Shown one piece after another: positions 1 to 7,258 of a stretch of 64,000 nt of DNA (positions are counted from its first letter, which is position 1; each line of letters starts with the position of its first letter). The DNA is from Acidimicrobiales bacterium (GTDB taxonomy: Bacteria > Actinomycetota > Acidimicrobiia > Acidimicrobiales > JAKAVM01): positions 443 through 64,442 of the forward strand of contig DAIDHF010000011.1 of NCBI GenBank assembly GCA_027452005.1, read 5' to 3'. The translations under genes were made by a program, and so were the position numbers. Under the pieces are notes generated by a model, which did not search any database, was not told where the DNA came from, and saw nothing but the letters and a program-made list of their open reading frames with translations.

Positions 1-644
1 AGGTAATCTGTGGGTATCTGGCCCTTCTTGGCTGGAGTCCTAAGGACGGCCGAGAGATGTTGTCCCTTGACGAACTCACCTCGGAGTTTCGATTAGAGGA
101 TGTCAACCACTCTCCGGCGTTCTTTGATGTGGTAAAGCTAACCCACTTCAATGCCGAGGCCATAAGGGGGCTTACCCCCGATGAGTTTTTGGCCAGGATT
201 ACTGAGTACGTAGGTGATCGGGCAACCAGTGCCGAGATACGTGAGTTGTGCCCGTTAGTTCAAGAGCGCACGGCCAAGCTGACCGACGTTCACGAGTTGG
301 TGTCCTTTGTGTTTGATGACCAGGTCGAGATTCAACAAGAGGCCTGGGAGAAGGTGTTTGTAAATACCCCGGTATCTCGGGATTTGTTGGTCGAAGCCGG
401 CGAAGCCTTTGGGACCTGTGACTGGACGGGTGGATCCATTAAGGATGTGGTTGCCAAGATCGGCGAGTCTCACGGGCTAAAGTTGGGAAAGGCCCAGGCC
501 CCAATCCGGGTGGCCGTAACAGGATCGACGGTTGGACTTCCCCTTTTTGAGTCGCTTCAAGTCCTGGGGCGTACGAGGACACTAGCGAGGATCTCGGGGG
601 CGCTTTCTCGCCTTAGCAAGGAAATGGGTGGTGTGATAAAGTAA
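1..644 (+). CDS. gltX: Glutamate--tRNA ligase, C-terminal part (5' end lies outside the window)
   Basis: The frame is open from base 3. The translation '..YLALLGWSPKDGREMLSLDELTSEFRLEDVNHSPAFFDVVKLTHFNAEAIR..' matches the conserved end of the GluRS catalytic core plus anticodon-binding domain. It is followed by tRNA-Gln, as is common in Actinomycetota. Confidence 0.9.
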   Translation, partial: VICGYLALLGWSPKDGREMLSLDELTSEFRLEDVNHSPAFFDVVKLTHFNAEAIRGLTPDEFLARITEYVGDRATSAEIRELCPLVQERTAKLTDVHELVSFVFDDQVEIQQEAWEKVFVNTPVSRDLLVEAGEAFGTCDWTGGSIKDVVAKIGESHGLKLGKAQAPIRVAVTGSTVGLPLFESLQVLGRTRTLARISGALSRLSKEMGGVIK

Positions 645-695
645 ACTCTCCCAAGGGTTCTTGGTGTACTGGTTACCCCTGTCACCTAGGGTCTT

Positions 696-767
696 TCGGG
701 GGTGGTGTAATTGGCAACACGACAGGTTCTGGCCCTGTTGTTAGGGGTTCGAGTCCTCTCCCCCGAG
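696..767 (+). tRNA. tRNA-Gln (anticodon CTG)
   Basis: Hand-folded cloverleaf. Acceptor TCGGGGG/CCCCCGA (U1:A72, typical of bacterial tRNA-Gln), D stem GTGT/ACAC, anticodon stem ACAGG/CCTGT with loop TTCTGGC, T arm AGGGG-TTCGAGT-CCTCT. CCA is not encoded. Confidence 0.9.
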
Positions 768-970
768 CTGACGAAATTGTGGCTCTTTGGATTTCAGAAA
801 TTGCTGTGGGAACTTTGACTTCAACGACCAGGAAGATGGCCATTGGTAAAGACCGGACTTGGCCCAGCAATCTAGAAGGGTCTAAGTCCTGATAGAAAGG
901 TTATAAGCAAGAACAATCTGGTTCAGGGTTTAATTGGCGCCAACAGGTCCTGGTGACTTACAAGGTTGGT

Positions 971-1984
971 TCAGGAGCTGATCAGTCCAATAAGTACCAT
1001 AACTGTCAGATAGGCCCCGATGATAGCCAGGCCGCCAGTGGCCCTCAGACCCCGCTGGACGTAGGCGACCACAAGAGTGCTCAACACGAGGGCAAGGCAG
1101 GCGATGGTGAGCAGGTGACTCGATTCGCTTACGGTACCGAGGCCAAAAATGACTCCGGGCAAAAATAGGCCAGCGAAAAGATTGATGGAGTTGGAGTTCA
1201 TGGCCTCGGAGAGTAGGGCTGAAGACCTAGACCGGTTGGCTAAGTATAAAGCGGCCACCAGGTTCGGTAGTGACGTTATGGCTGCCAGGACTACGGCCCC
1301 AATAAAATAAGATGGAATTGAGTATCGGGTTCCGAGTCGACTAGCCGAAACCTCCATGAGGTAACTGGCCCCGACTACCGCGACGATCGACCAGGCGACC
1401 GTGACAGTTGACTGGCGAACTCGGGGAAGGTTGTCAAGGGCTTCGTGTACCTCATGGTGCTGTTGAGCCGAGAACATATCCAGGAGACGACCTGGGGTCT
1501 TGGCCGACCTGGTGTCCAGCCAGGTTATAAATGGTTTGGTTCCCGATATGAGATATAGGAGAAAGACTGTTGACGCAGCTGCCAGGACAAGGTTGGGCGA
1601 AAGTAGGTGGTCAGCTAACAAGATGGCCAGGCCCGAGAGCACTAAGGCTACGGTGCCCTCAAAGACCAGGGTTACTCTAGCAAAGGAGACCCGTCTAGCA
1701 ACGAGGCAACCCAAGCCCAACAGGGCGGCCACGTTGAACAAGTTAGACCCGATTACTATTCCAAGTGAAATGTTGGACTGGGCGTGAGCCTGGGCGGTAA
1801 TCGATGACGCAATCTCTGGAGAGTCGGCAAACAGAGCGGCCAAAATTCCCAGAGTCCAGTCCGAGAAACCGAGACCTTTAGCTAAGGACTCTATTGAGAT
1901 TATTGCCCGGTTAGAGCTAAAGATGCTAGCCCCGCAGGCTAGGACAAAGATCGAGCCTAGCACGGGGGTGGACAGTGAGTTCAT
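971..1984 (-). CDS. CaCA-family (Na+/Ca2+ exchanger-like) integral membrane protein
   Basis: Polytopic hydrophobic protein with two alpha-repeat-like motifs: 'GILAALFADSPEIASSI' and 'GAVVLAAITSLPNLVAAL'. The start is placed at ATG 1984 (MNSLSTPVLG..) because the ORF-track extension to 2116 is Arg/Cys-rich and non-membrane-like. Confidence 0.7.
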   Translation of the reverse strand: MNSLSTPVLGSIFVLACGASIFSSNRAIISIESLAKGLGFSDWTLGILAALFADSPEIASSITAQAHAQSNISLGIVIGSNLFNVAALLGLGCLVARRVSFARVTLVFEGTVALVLSGLAILLADHLLSPNLVLAAASTVFLLYLISGTKPFITWLDTRSAKTPGRLLDMFSAQQHHEVHEALDNLPRVRQSTVTVAWSIVAVVGASYLMEVSASRLGTRYSIPSYFIGAVVLAAITSLPNLVAALYLANRSRSSALLSEAMNSNSINLFAGLFLPGVIFGLGTVSESSHLLTIACLALVLSTLVVAYVQRGLRATGGLAIIGAYLTVMVLIGLISS

Positions 1985-2122
1985 TTTCTTGGAATCGGTT
2001 CGGTGTAAGTTTCTTGCCGACCAGGCTTCCCGGCGCTCCTGGGAACAAGCTATCAGAACCAGGCGTGAACGGCAACAGAAAGTTCCTGGTCGTGGGTGGT
2101 CATTTGGATATAACATCTAGAG

Positions 2123-3508
2123 ATGGACTTTCCCTATTCCGATCAATTTGAGGTCAACCGCAAGCTTCCCGAGACCGGGCGGAGTCCGTCGGAGGTTCTT
2201 GACGAGATGCGGATAATGGCCAAGGAAGAGGACGCATTTTGGGAGTCGGGAAAGTGTTCCGGGACGATGTACTGTGGTGACCACGAGCACTACGGGTTCC
2301 TAAACGAGGCCTTTGGGCTGTTCGCTCACGTAAATGCCCTTCAACGTGACATGTGTCCAAGCGCGACCAAGTTTGAGGCCGAGATTATCTCAATGACCCT
2401 TGACCTCTTCAACTCCCAGGCCGTGAAAGATTCAGAGCCGTGTGGGTTGATTACTACCGGGGGGTCGGGTTCGATTGCCCATGCCGTGCTGGCGTACAGA
2501 GAACACGCTAGAGCAACTCGCTCAGTTGAACGGCCTAATTTCATCAAGCCCGAGACGGCACATCCGGCCTTTGACAAGGCCTGTCATCTCTTTGACGTAG
2601 AACTACGCAAGGCCCCGGTAGATCCGGTTACCACCAAGGTTGATACGGGGTGGGTTCAAGATGCAATCGACGACCAGACCGTGGCGATCTTGGGTTCGGC
2701 CTGTAACTACGGGTATGGAAGTATTGACGACATCGAGACTCTATCTGAGATTGCACTTTCTAAGAAGGTTGGACTTCACGTGGACGGGTGCCTGGGTGGA
2801 TTTATCCTGCCTTTCGGGGCACAGCTTGGTTATGAGATCCCGGTGTTCGATTTCAGGCTACCCGGGGTGACTACAATATCTGCCGACACCCACAAATACG
2901 GGTACGCGTTCAAGGGTACCTCGGTGCTCTCGTTTCGCTCCAAGGAACTGCGCAACTCACAGTACTTTTATCTAACGGACTGGACCGGGGGGAAGTACTG
3001 TTCGCCGGGGATGGAGGGCTCAAGATCGGCCGGGCTTATCGCGGCCACCTGGGCCTCAATGGTTAAAATCGGTCACCAGGGATACCTGGGGTATGCCGAG
3101 CAGATCTTCAAGACAGCCAAGGCCATGATCGGGTCGGTAAAGTCACATCCCGAGCTTCGGATTATTGGCGACCCGACCTTCCTGTTTAGCTTTACCTCTG
3201 ACGAGTTCGACATCTACCACGTGAACGACTTTATGAAGCTCCGAGGATGGAGGTTCAACGGACAACAGTATCCCAACGCTCTCCATATGGCTGTAACGAG
3301 ACCTCAGACCCAACCCGGGGTGGCCGAGGAGTTTGCCAAGGACCTAGCTGAGGCCGTGGCCTACGCTAAGGAGAACGCCGGTAGCTCGGCCGCATCCAGT
3401 GGCATCTACGGGGGAGTCATGGGGGGAATGACCAACGAGGCAGACTCTTTCATCAAGATGTTCATGGCCGAAATGATGGACTCACAGATGAGGATACCCG
3501 AGTCCTGA
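2123..3508 (+). CDS. PLP-dependent group II decarboxylase-fold enzyme, sphingosine-1-phosphate-lyase-like
   Basis: 'ISADTHKYGYAFKGTSVL' matches the S-x-D-x-HKYG-x3-KG PLP-lysine signature of the Dpl1/SPL branch. Length 461 aa with no N-terminal TM helix. Divergent from the antiporter gene, 6 bp away from its ORF-track start at 2116. Confidence 0.75.
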   Translation: MDFPYSDQFEVNRKLPETGRSPSEVLDEMRIMAKEEDAFWESGKCSGTMYCGDHEHYGFLNEAFGLFAHVNALQRDMCPSATKFEAEIISMTLDLFNSQAVKDSEPCGLITTGGSGSIAHAVLAYREHARATRSVERPNFIKPETAHPAFDKACHLFDVELRKAPVDPVTTKVDTGWVQDAIDDQTVAILGSACNYGYGSIDDIETLSEIALSKKVGLHVDGCLGGFILPFGAQLGYEIPVFDFRLPGVTTISADTHKYGYAFKGTSVLSFRSKELRNSQYFYLTDWTGGKYCSPGMEGSRSAGLIAATWASMVKIGHQGYLGYAEQIFKTAKAMIGSVKSHPELRIIGDPTFLFSFTSDEFDIYHVNDFMKLRGWRFNGQQYPNALHMAVTRPQTQPGVAEEFAKDLAEAVAYAKENAGSSAASSGIYGGVMGGMTNEADSFIKMFMAEMMDSQMRIPES

Positions 3509-3615
3509 TCGGGGGGGGGAAACCCCTTATCCCGTCTTTCACGGGGATAGCAATGCAGCCGCCTCAGGTTTGGTAATTGGCAATATCGCCTAGTAGATTG
3601 ATTAGGCCATTGCAC

Positions 3616-3691
3616 GGCCCCATCGTCTAGAGGCCTAGGACACCACCCTCTCAAGGTGGAGACACGGGTTCGAACCCCGTTGGGGCTGCCA
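3616..3691 (+). tRNA. tRNA-Glu (anticodon CTC), CCA encoded
   Basis: GGCCCCATCGTCTAGAGGCCTAGGACACCACCCTCTCAAGGTGGAGACACGGGTTCGAACCCCGTTGGGGCTGCCA. Anticodon stem CCACC/GGTGG with loop CTCTCAA. The D arm 'TCGTCTAGAGGCC.AGGACAC' is characteristic of bacterial tRNA-Glu. Confidence 0.9.
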
Positions 3692-4030
3692 CAAAATTGC
3701 AGGTCAGAGGCGCGGCGCGAAATATGGTCAACGCGATGCTTAAGAACCTCCGCGCCGATTGCTGGGCGCAACCTGAACGAGTCGTCTGCCCGATGGACTA
3801 CCTCGAGGACGTGACGGTTCATGCATCTGAGGCCGTTCCCGACTCGCCCTTGGCTTACGCAAATCTAATCAACTTCTTCTTCACCTGGGGATCTTCCTGG
3901 GAAGACCGCACAGAGCGACTAGATGACCTTATAGCCCTACTGCGCGGCTCCCCGAAAACAGGGCCACCTCCAATGTGAGTATTTAGCAATTTAGTTGGCT
4001 ACTATTGCCAAAAAGAATACGGAGGTAAAA

Positions 4031-4457
4031 ATGAAAGGAAAGAAGCATTCACCTGAGCAGATCATTAGGAGACTTGCTGAAGGAGACCAAATGCTAAATG
4101 AAGGTAGCACTATTGAAGAAGTCGCAAGGCAGTTTCAGATTACCGATACTACTTGGTATAGGTGGAAGAATCAGTACGGGGGCATCAAGGCAAACGATGC
4201 CAAGCAACTAAAAGTGCGGTTTCAAGTTGACAACGCAACGAAACCCTCCTCTACCAGTGAAGGATGCTATTCTCAACTGCTGGCTGGTGGTCGCCGGTCT
4301 GATGTTGGCCCATCGTCTCGATACCGTCTCAGCTGAGAAGCAACAGTTCGACGTCGTAGGGCGGGAAGCGCTCGTCGAGACTTACCAACGTCAAGTTCTC
4401 AGAATGTTCCTGAGCAATCATCTTTCGGTCGAACGGATCAGAAAGATGAGGAGCTAA
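4031..4457 (+). mobile_element. IS3-family transposase orfA remnant, frameshifted, with no DDE orfB
   Basis: GGAGG then ATG 4031. 'MKGKKHSPEQIIRRLAEGDQMLNEGSTIEEVARQFQITDTTWYRWKNQYGGIKANDAKQLK' is the typical IS3-group HTH. The leucine-zipper part ('LVVAGLMLAHRLDTVSAEK') continues only in another frame (ORF 4227-4457). The catalytic orfB is absent and the remnant abuts the TA relic. Confidence 0.65.
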
Positions 4458-4710
4458 CCCACCTGCCAGCACAGCGTGTGAGGCTGTGATCTCTAGAGTC
4501 TTGAAATCGCTGGTGGTGAGCACCTCCAACAAGTCGTCCGGCGCCTCCAATCTTGCGATGTCCTGGACACCGTGGTGATCGTGCGCGAGGCGCAACGATG
4601 CGAGCCACGTGGCCAGCACGGGCGATCTCGACCTCGTCGGTCTCGCCGGACTCAACGGCGGCCACGAGTCTTGAAAGATTGGTCTTGGCATCATGCTTAT
4701 TGACCCGCAA
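4329..4710 (-). pseudogene. Collapsed type II TA module: Phd/YefM-like antitoxin N-terminus fused out of frame to the C-terminal part of a PIN (VapC) toxin
   Basis: The frame starting at TTG 4710 gives 'MRVNKHDAKTNLSRLVAAVESGETDEVEIARAGHVARIVAP', an antitoxin N-terminus, and then degenerates. A second frame gives 'LEITASHAVLAGGLAPHLSDPFDRKMIAQEHSENLTLVSLDERFPPYDV', a PIN C-terminal half with the DPFDR motif. The PIN N-terminal acidic residues and the antitoxin C-terminus are missing. Confidence 0.6.
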
Positions 4711-4911
4711 TTCACTGTGCTAGCTAACTTAGCTAGGGAAGTCGGTCCATAAAGGTAACCAGAAGGTTCCCCAGAATCGCAGAGCAGTAACGTCCCGTAA
4801 CGTCGGTTAACGGACCTTCAACCAGCTAAGTTGCATAAACTGTCGAGTTATTTGAATCAGATAACTCTGATTTCAAGGCAACTATTCCAAGTTATCTGGT
4901 AAACTATTACC

Positions 4912-6015
4912 ATGGAGCTACCGACCCAAGAGAGGGAGATCGTCGAGCATGCCCTCGAATATCTCCGCGGCCGCTTGCCCGCGGCATGGGAGCTTGACGT
5001 TGTCGCGGATCCAGACCTTAGGGTCACCATTGGTCAACGCACGCAGGCTAAGCCACCACTCCTTACTGAGGTCCGAATGAGATTCAAACCAGGGGATATG
5101 GATGCACTAATGCGGAGTCTCACGCGGCGTCTACGAACGGTGGGTGGGACCTCTCCCATCCTCGTTATCTCTGATTACCTGAGTCCCAGAAGTCGACAGG
5201 CGCTAGTCGACGAGAACATCAATTTCATCGACCTCAGTGGGAATGTTCGAATCGCTCTGGAATATCCAGGAGTTTTCATAGAGCTTGAGGGCAAGAGACG
5301 CGAACCGACTCCGGCATCCCCTGCCTCCATGAAGGGACCAACGGCTGGTCGCCTTCTACGCTTCCTTATCGACGTCCGGCCGCCCTACGGAGTCGTTGAG
5401 ATTGAAGGTGCCACAAAGATGAACCGTGGCTATATATCTCGACTTTTGGAGAGCGCGTCGGACGAAGGTCTTATTTCGCGATCCAAACGGGGTCCCGTTA
5501 CCGATTGCGATTGGCGGGCACTCATCCGACAGCGCGCCAGCACAGTGGATCTGTTTTCCTCTAATAACGCCTCCATGTATATCGCCCAGACTTCTCTCGC
5601 CACCATCATGGAGAAGATTCGAGGTCGACCAATCGCCAGTCAACTTGTAGTGACGGGTTCGGCTGCTGCCTACCGACTCGATCCTCTCGTAGGAATTACG
5701 GCCTTGGCCCTATATTCCAATGCATCACTCGCTGAGGTAGAGAGTGAGCTAGGGCTGACATCCGCTTGTGAGGGTGCCAATGTCGCAATTCTTCGCCCAT
5801 CCGGTAATCTGCCCTTTGTACTCGCCGAATGGCGAGACGAAGTTCAGTACGTAGCACCAAGCCAGGTCGCAATTGATTGCCTTTCAGGGTCAGGCCGAAT
5901 GCCGGCCGAAGGAGAGTCCGTAATTGAATGGATGACGTCTCATGAAGATATCTGGCGGTGCCGAAATATTTCCGATTTCCAATTTCGTACTAGCAGAAAC
6001 TACCTTGGTGCTTGA
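4912..6015 (+). CDS. Putative AbiEi-like wHTH protein (antitoxin/regulator candidate) with an extra N-terminal domain
   Basis: 367 aa. It has a central wHTH-like stretch 'LLRFLIDVRPPYGVVEIEGATKMNRGYISRLLESASDEGLISRSKRG' and a C-terminal 'APSQVAIDCLSGSGRMPAEGESVIEWM' reminiscent of AbiEi C-domains. Its stop overlaps the start of the downstream nucleotidyltransferase gene. The assignment is by motif resemblance only. Confidence 0.45.
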   Translation: MELPTQEREIVEHALEYLRGRLPAAWELDVVADPDLRVTIGQRTQAKPPLLTEVRMRFKPGDMDALMRSLTRRLRTVGGTSPILVISDYLSPRSRQALVDENINFIDLSGNVRIALEYPGVFIELEGKRREPTPASPASMKGPTAGRLLRFLIDVRPPYGVVEIEGATKMNRGYISRLLESASDEGLISRSKRGPVTDCDWRALIRQRASTVDLFSSNNASMYIAQTSLATIMEKIRGRPIASQLVVTGSAAAYRLDPLVGITALALYSNASLAEVESELGLTSACEGANVAILRPSGNLPFVLAEWRDEVQYVAPSQVAIDCLSGSGRMPAEGESVIEWMTSHEDIWRCRNISDFQFRTSRNYLGA

Positions 6016-6871
6016 TTCCGATCCGATATATGTTGCCGCTCGGCGAGTCCTACTAGACGCGCTTGGGGCATTGGATGAGCACATCGATTCACTCGTCCTA
6101 GTGGGAGCTCAAGGGGTTTATCATCACACTCAACATCTTGATCTACCGGTTGGTCCGTTCACGCGCGATGCCGATTTGGCCATCGACCCTGGCTCACTCG
6201 ACCTGATCCCAGATATCGAGGAAGTCATGCTAGGAGCTGGCTTCCAAATTGGTGTAAATGGGAACCCGGGTGAGTGGGCAAGAGTGGTTGAAATCGACAA
6301 CTGGAAGATCGAAGTCCCAGTCGATCTACTCGTCCCGGAAACAGTAGCTCCTTCCGGATCAGGCCGTCGGAGTGCTCGTCTTTCCGGGCACGGCAAGAGG
6401 TCTGCTCGAAAGGTGTCTGGCATCGAGGCCGTTCTAGTTGACAACGCCTGGTCGGAGATCCGAGCACTTGATCCGAGCGACATCCGCATCGTCCGTTGTC
6501 GGATAGCAGGACCGGCATCATTGTTGGTTGCAAAGGCCCACAAGCTCGCCGACCGGCTTGATAGGCCAGTAAATCCAGACCGGATCAAGGATAAAGACGC
6601 GCTCGACGTCTACCGTATCGCTCGTGCGGTGCCCCTTTTTGAATTGAAGACCTCATTTGAAACATTGCTCGCGGACGAGCGCAGTGCATTTACGACTTCG
6701 ATCGGCATCGACCTTCTAATAAAGCTATTTGGCTCTCGCCGATCCAGCGGGGTCGAAATGGCCATTCGATCTCTCGAAAGGGTTGAGCCTGCTGCCCGAA
6801 TAATAGAGGTATTCCGACTCCTTACTGGGAGCCTACCGCAACCAAAATACACCGAGCAACCAATGCGTTGA
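6008..6871 (+). CDS. Putative nucleotidyltransferase, AbiEii/DUF1814-like toxin candidate
   Basis: Pol-beta-type NTase motif 'LVLVGAQGVYHH..(13)..TRDADLAIDP' (G-x-x-G ... D-x-D) and a C-terminal 'KAHKLADR...DKDALDVYRI'. The ORF track starts it at 5942. I favour GTG 6008 (or TTG 6005), which overlaps the upstream stop (6013-6015) by 8 nt. Confidence 0.5.
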   Translation: MLDSDPIYVAARRVLLDALGALDEHIDSLVLVGAQGVYHHTQHLDLPVGPFTRDADLAIDPGSLDLIPDIEEVMLGAGFQIGVNGNPGEWARVVEIDNWKIEVPVDLLVPETVAPSGSGRRSARLSGHGKRSARKVSGIEAVLVDNAWSEIRALDPSDIRIVRCRIAGPASLLVAKAHKLADRLDRPVNPDRIKDKDALDVYRIARAVPLFELKTSFETLLADERSAFTTSIGIDLLIKLFGSRRSSGVEMAIRSLERVEPAARIIEVFRLLTGSLPQPKYTEQPMR

Positions 6872-7258
6872 TGTTCAGTTGGAGCACGCGAAGTCAACTA
6901 CTAACCAAAGCAATCCAGAGTTTCGAAGTCCTGATTGTGGTTGTGTCGTTTCAAAGTCGTACTTGGTGAAGATGCAACACTGGGTCCTAGAGTGCTCAAC
7001 ACTAGACCTTGACCGAATCTCACCGGCGCTCCACCGCCCGGCCTAACGGCGGGAGCACTTCGTCGAGGGCCTCGTTGGTCAGTTGTCCGCGTCGGCCTTA
7101 CTGCTTCGGGGTTCTGATGGTAGCAGGACTTCACGTATTCATCGCTGCCCAGGGTCGTCGTTTCGCTACGTAACGGGTGCAATGAGTTATTTCCTAAAGG
7201 TAACCCTCCTGATTACAACTAGAATGTCCGTCGTGGAACCAGTAACCCCAAATCGCTC

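Noticed and set aside
3511-3519. A G9 homopolymer right after the SPL-like gene stop, considered as a possible phase-variation tract.
   Set aside because: It is intergenic and 3' of the gene. It forms part of a GGGG-AAA-CCCC plus ATCCCG/CGGGAT hairpin region, so it is more likely a terminator-like structure. No coding consequence is evident.
3697-3978. A 93-aa plus-strand ORF directly after tRNA-Glu, and the overlapping 138-aa minus-strand ORF 3406-3822. Both were examined as possible integrase remnants.
   Set aside because: Neither translation shows tyrosine- or serine-recombinase motifs or any family I recognise. The minus-strand ORF runs through the tRNA gene. The region is left unannotated.
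6130-6588. 152-aa and 102-aa minus-strand ORFs inside the nucleotidyltransferase gene.
   Set aside because: They are Arg/Ser/Pro-rich shadow ORFs. The plus-strand frame carries the NTase motifs.
6901-7182. A 93-aa minus-strand ORF in the gap between the AbiE-like pair and the membrane propeller gene.
   Set aside because: It is Arg/Pro/Gly/Thr-rich with no motif or obvious ribosome-binding site. Alternative frames give only short fragments. It may be decayed island DNA.
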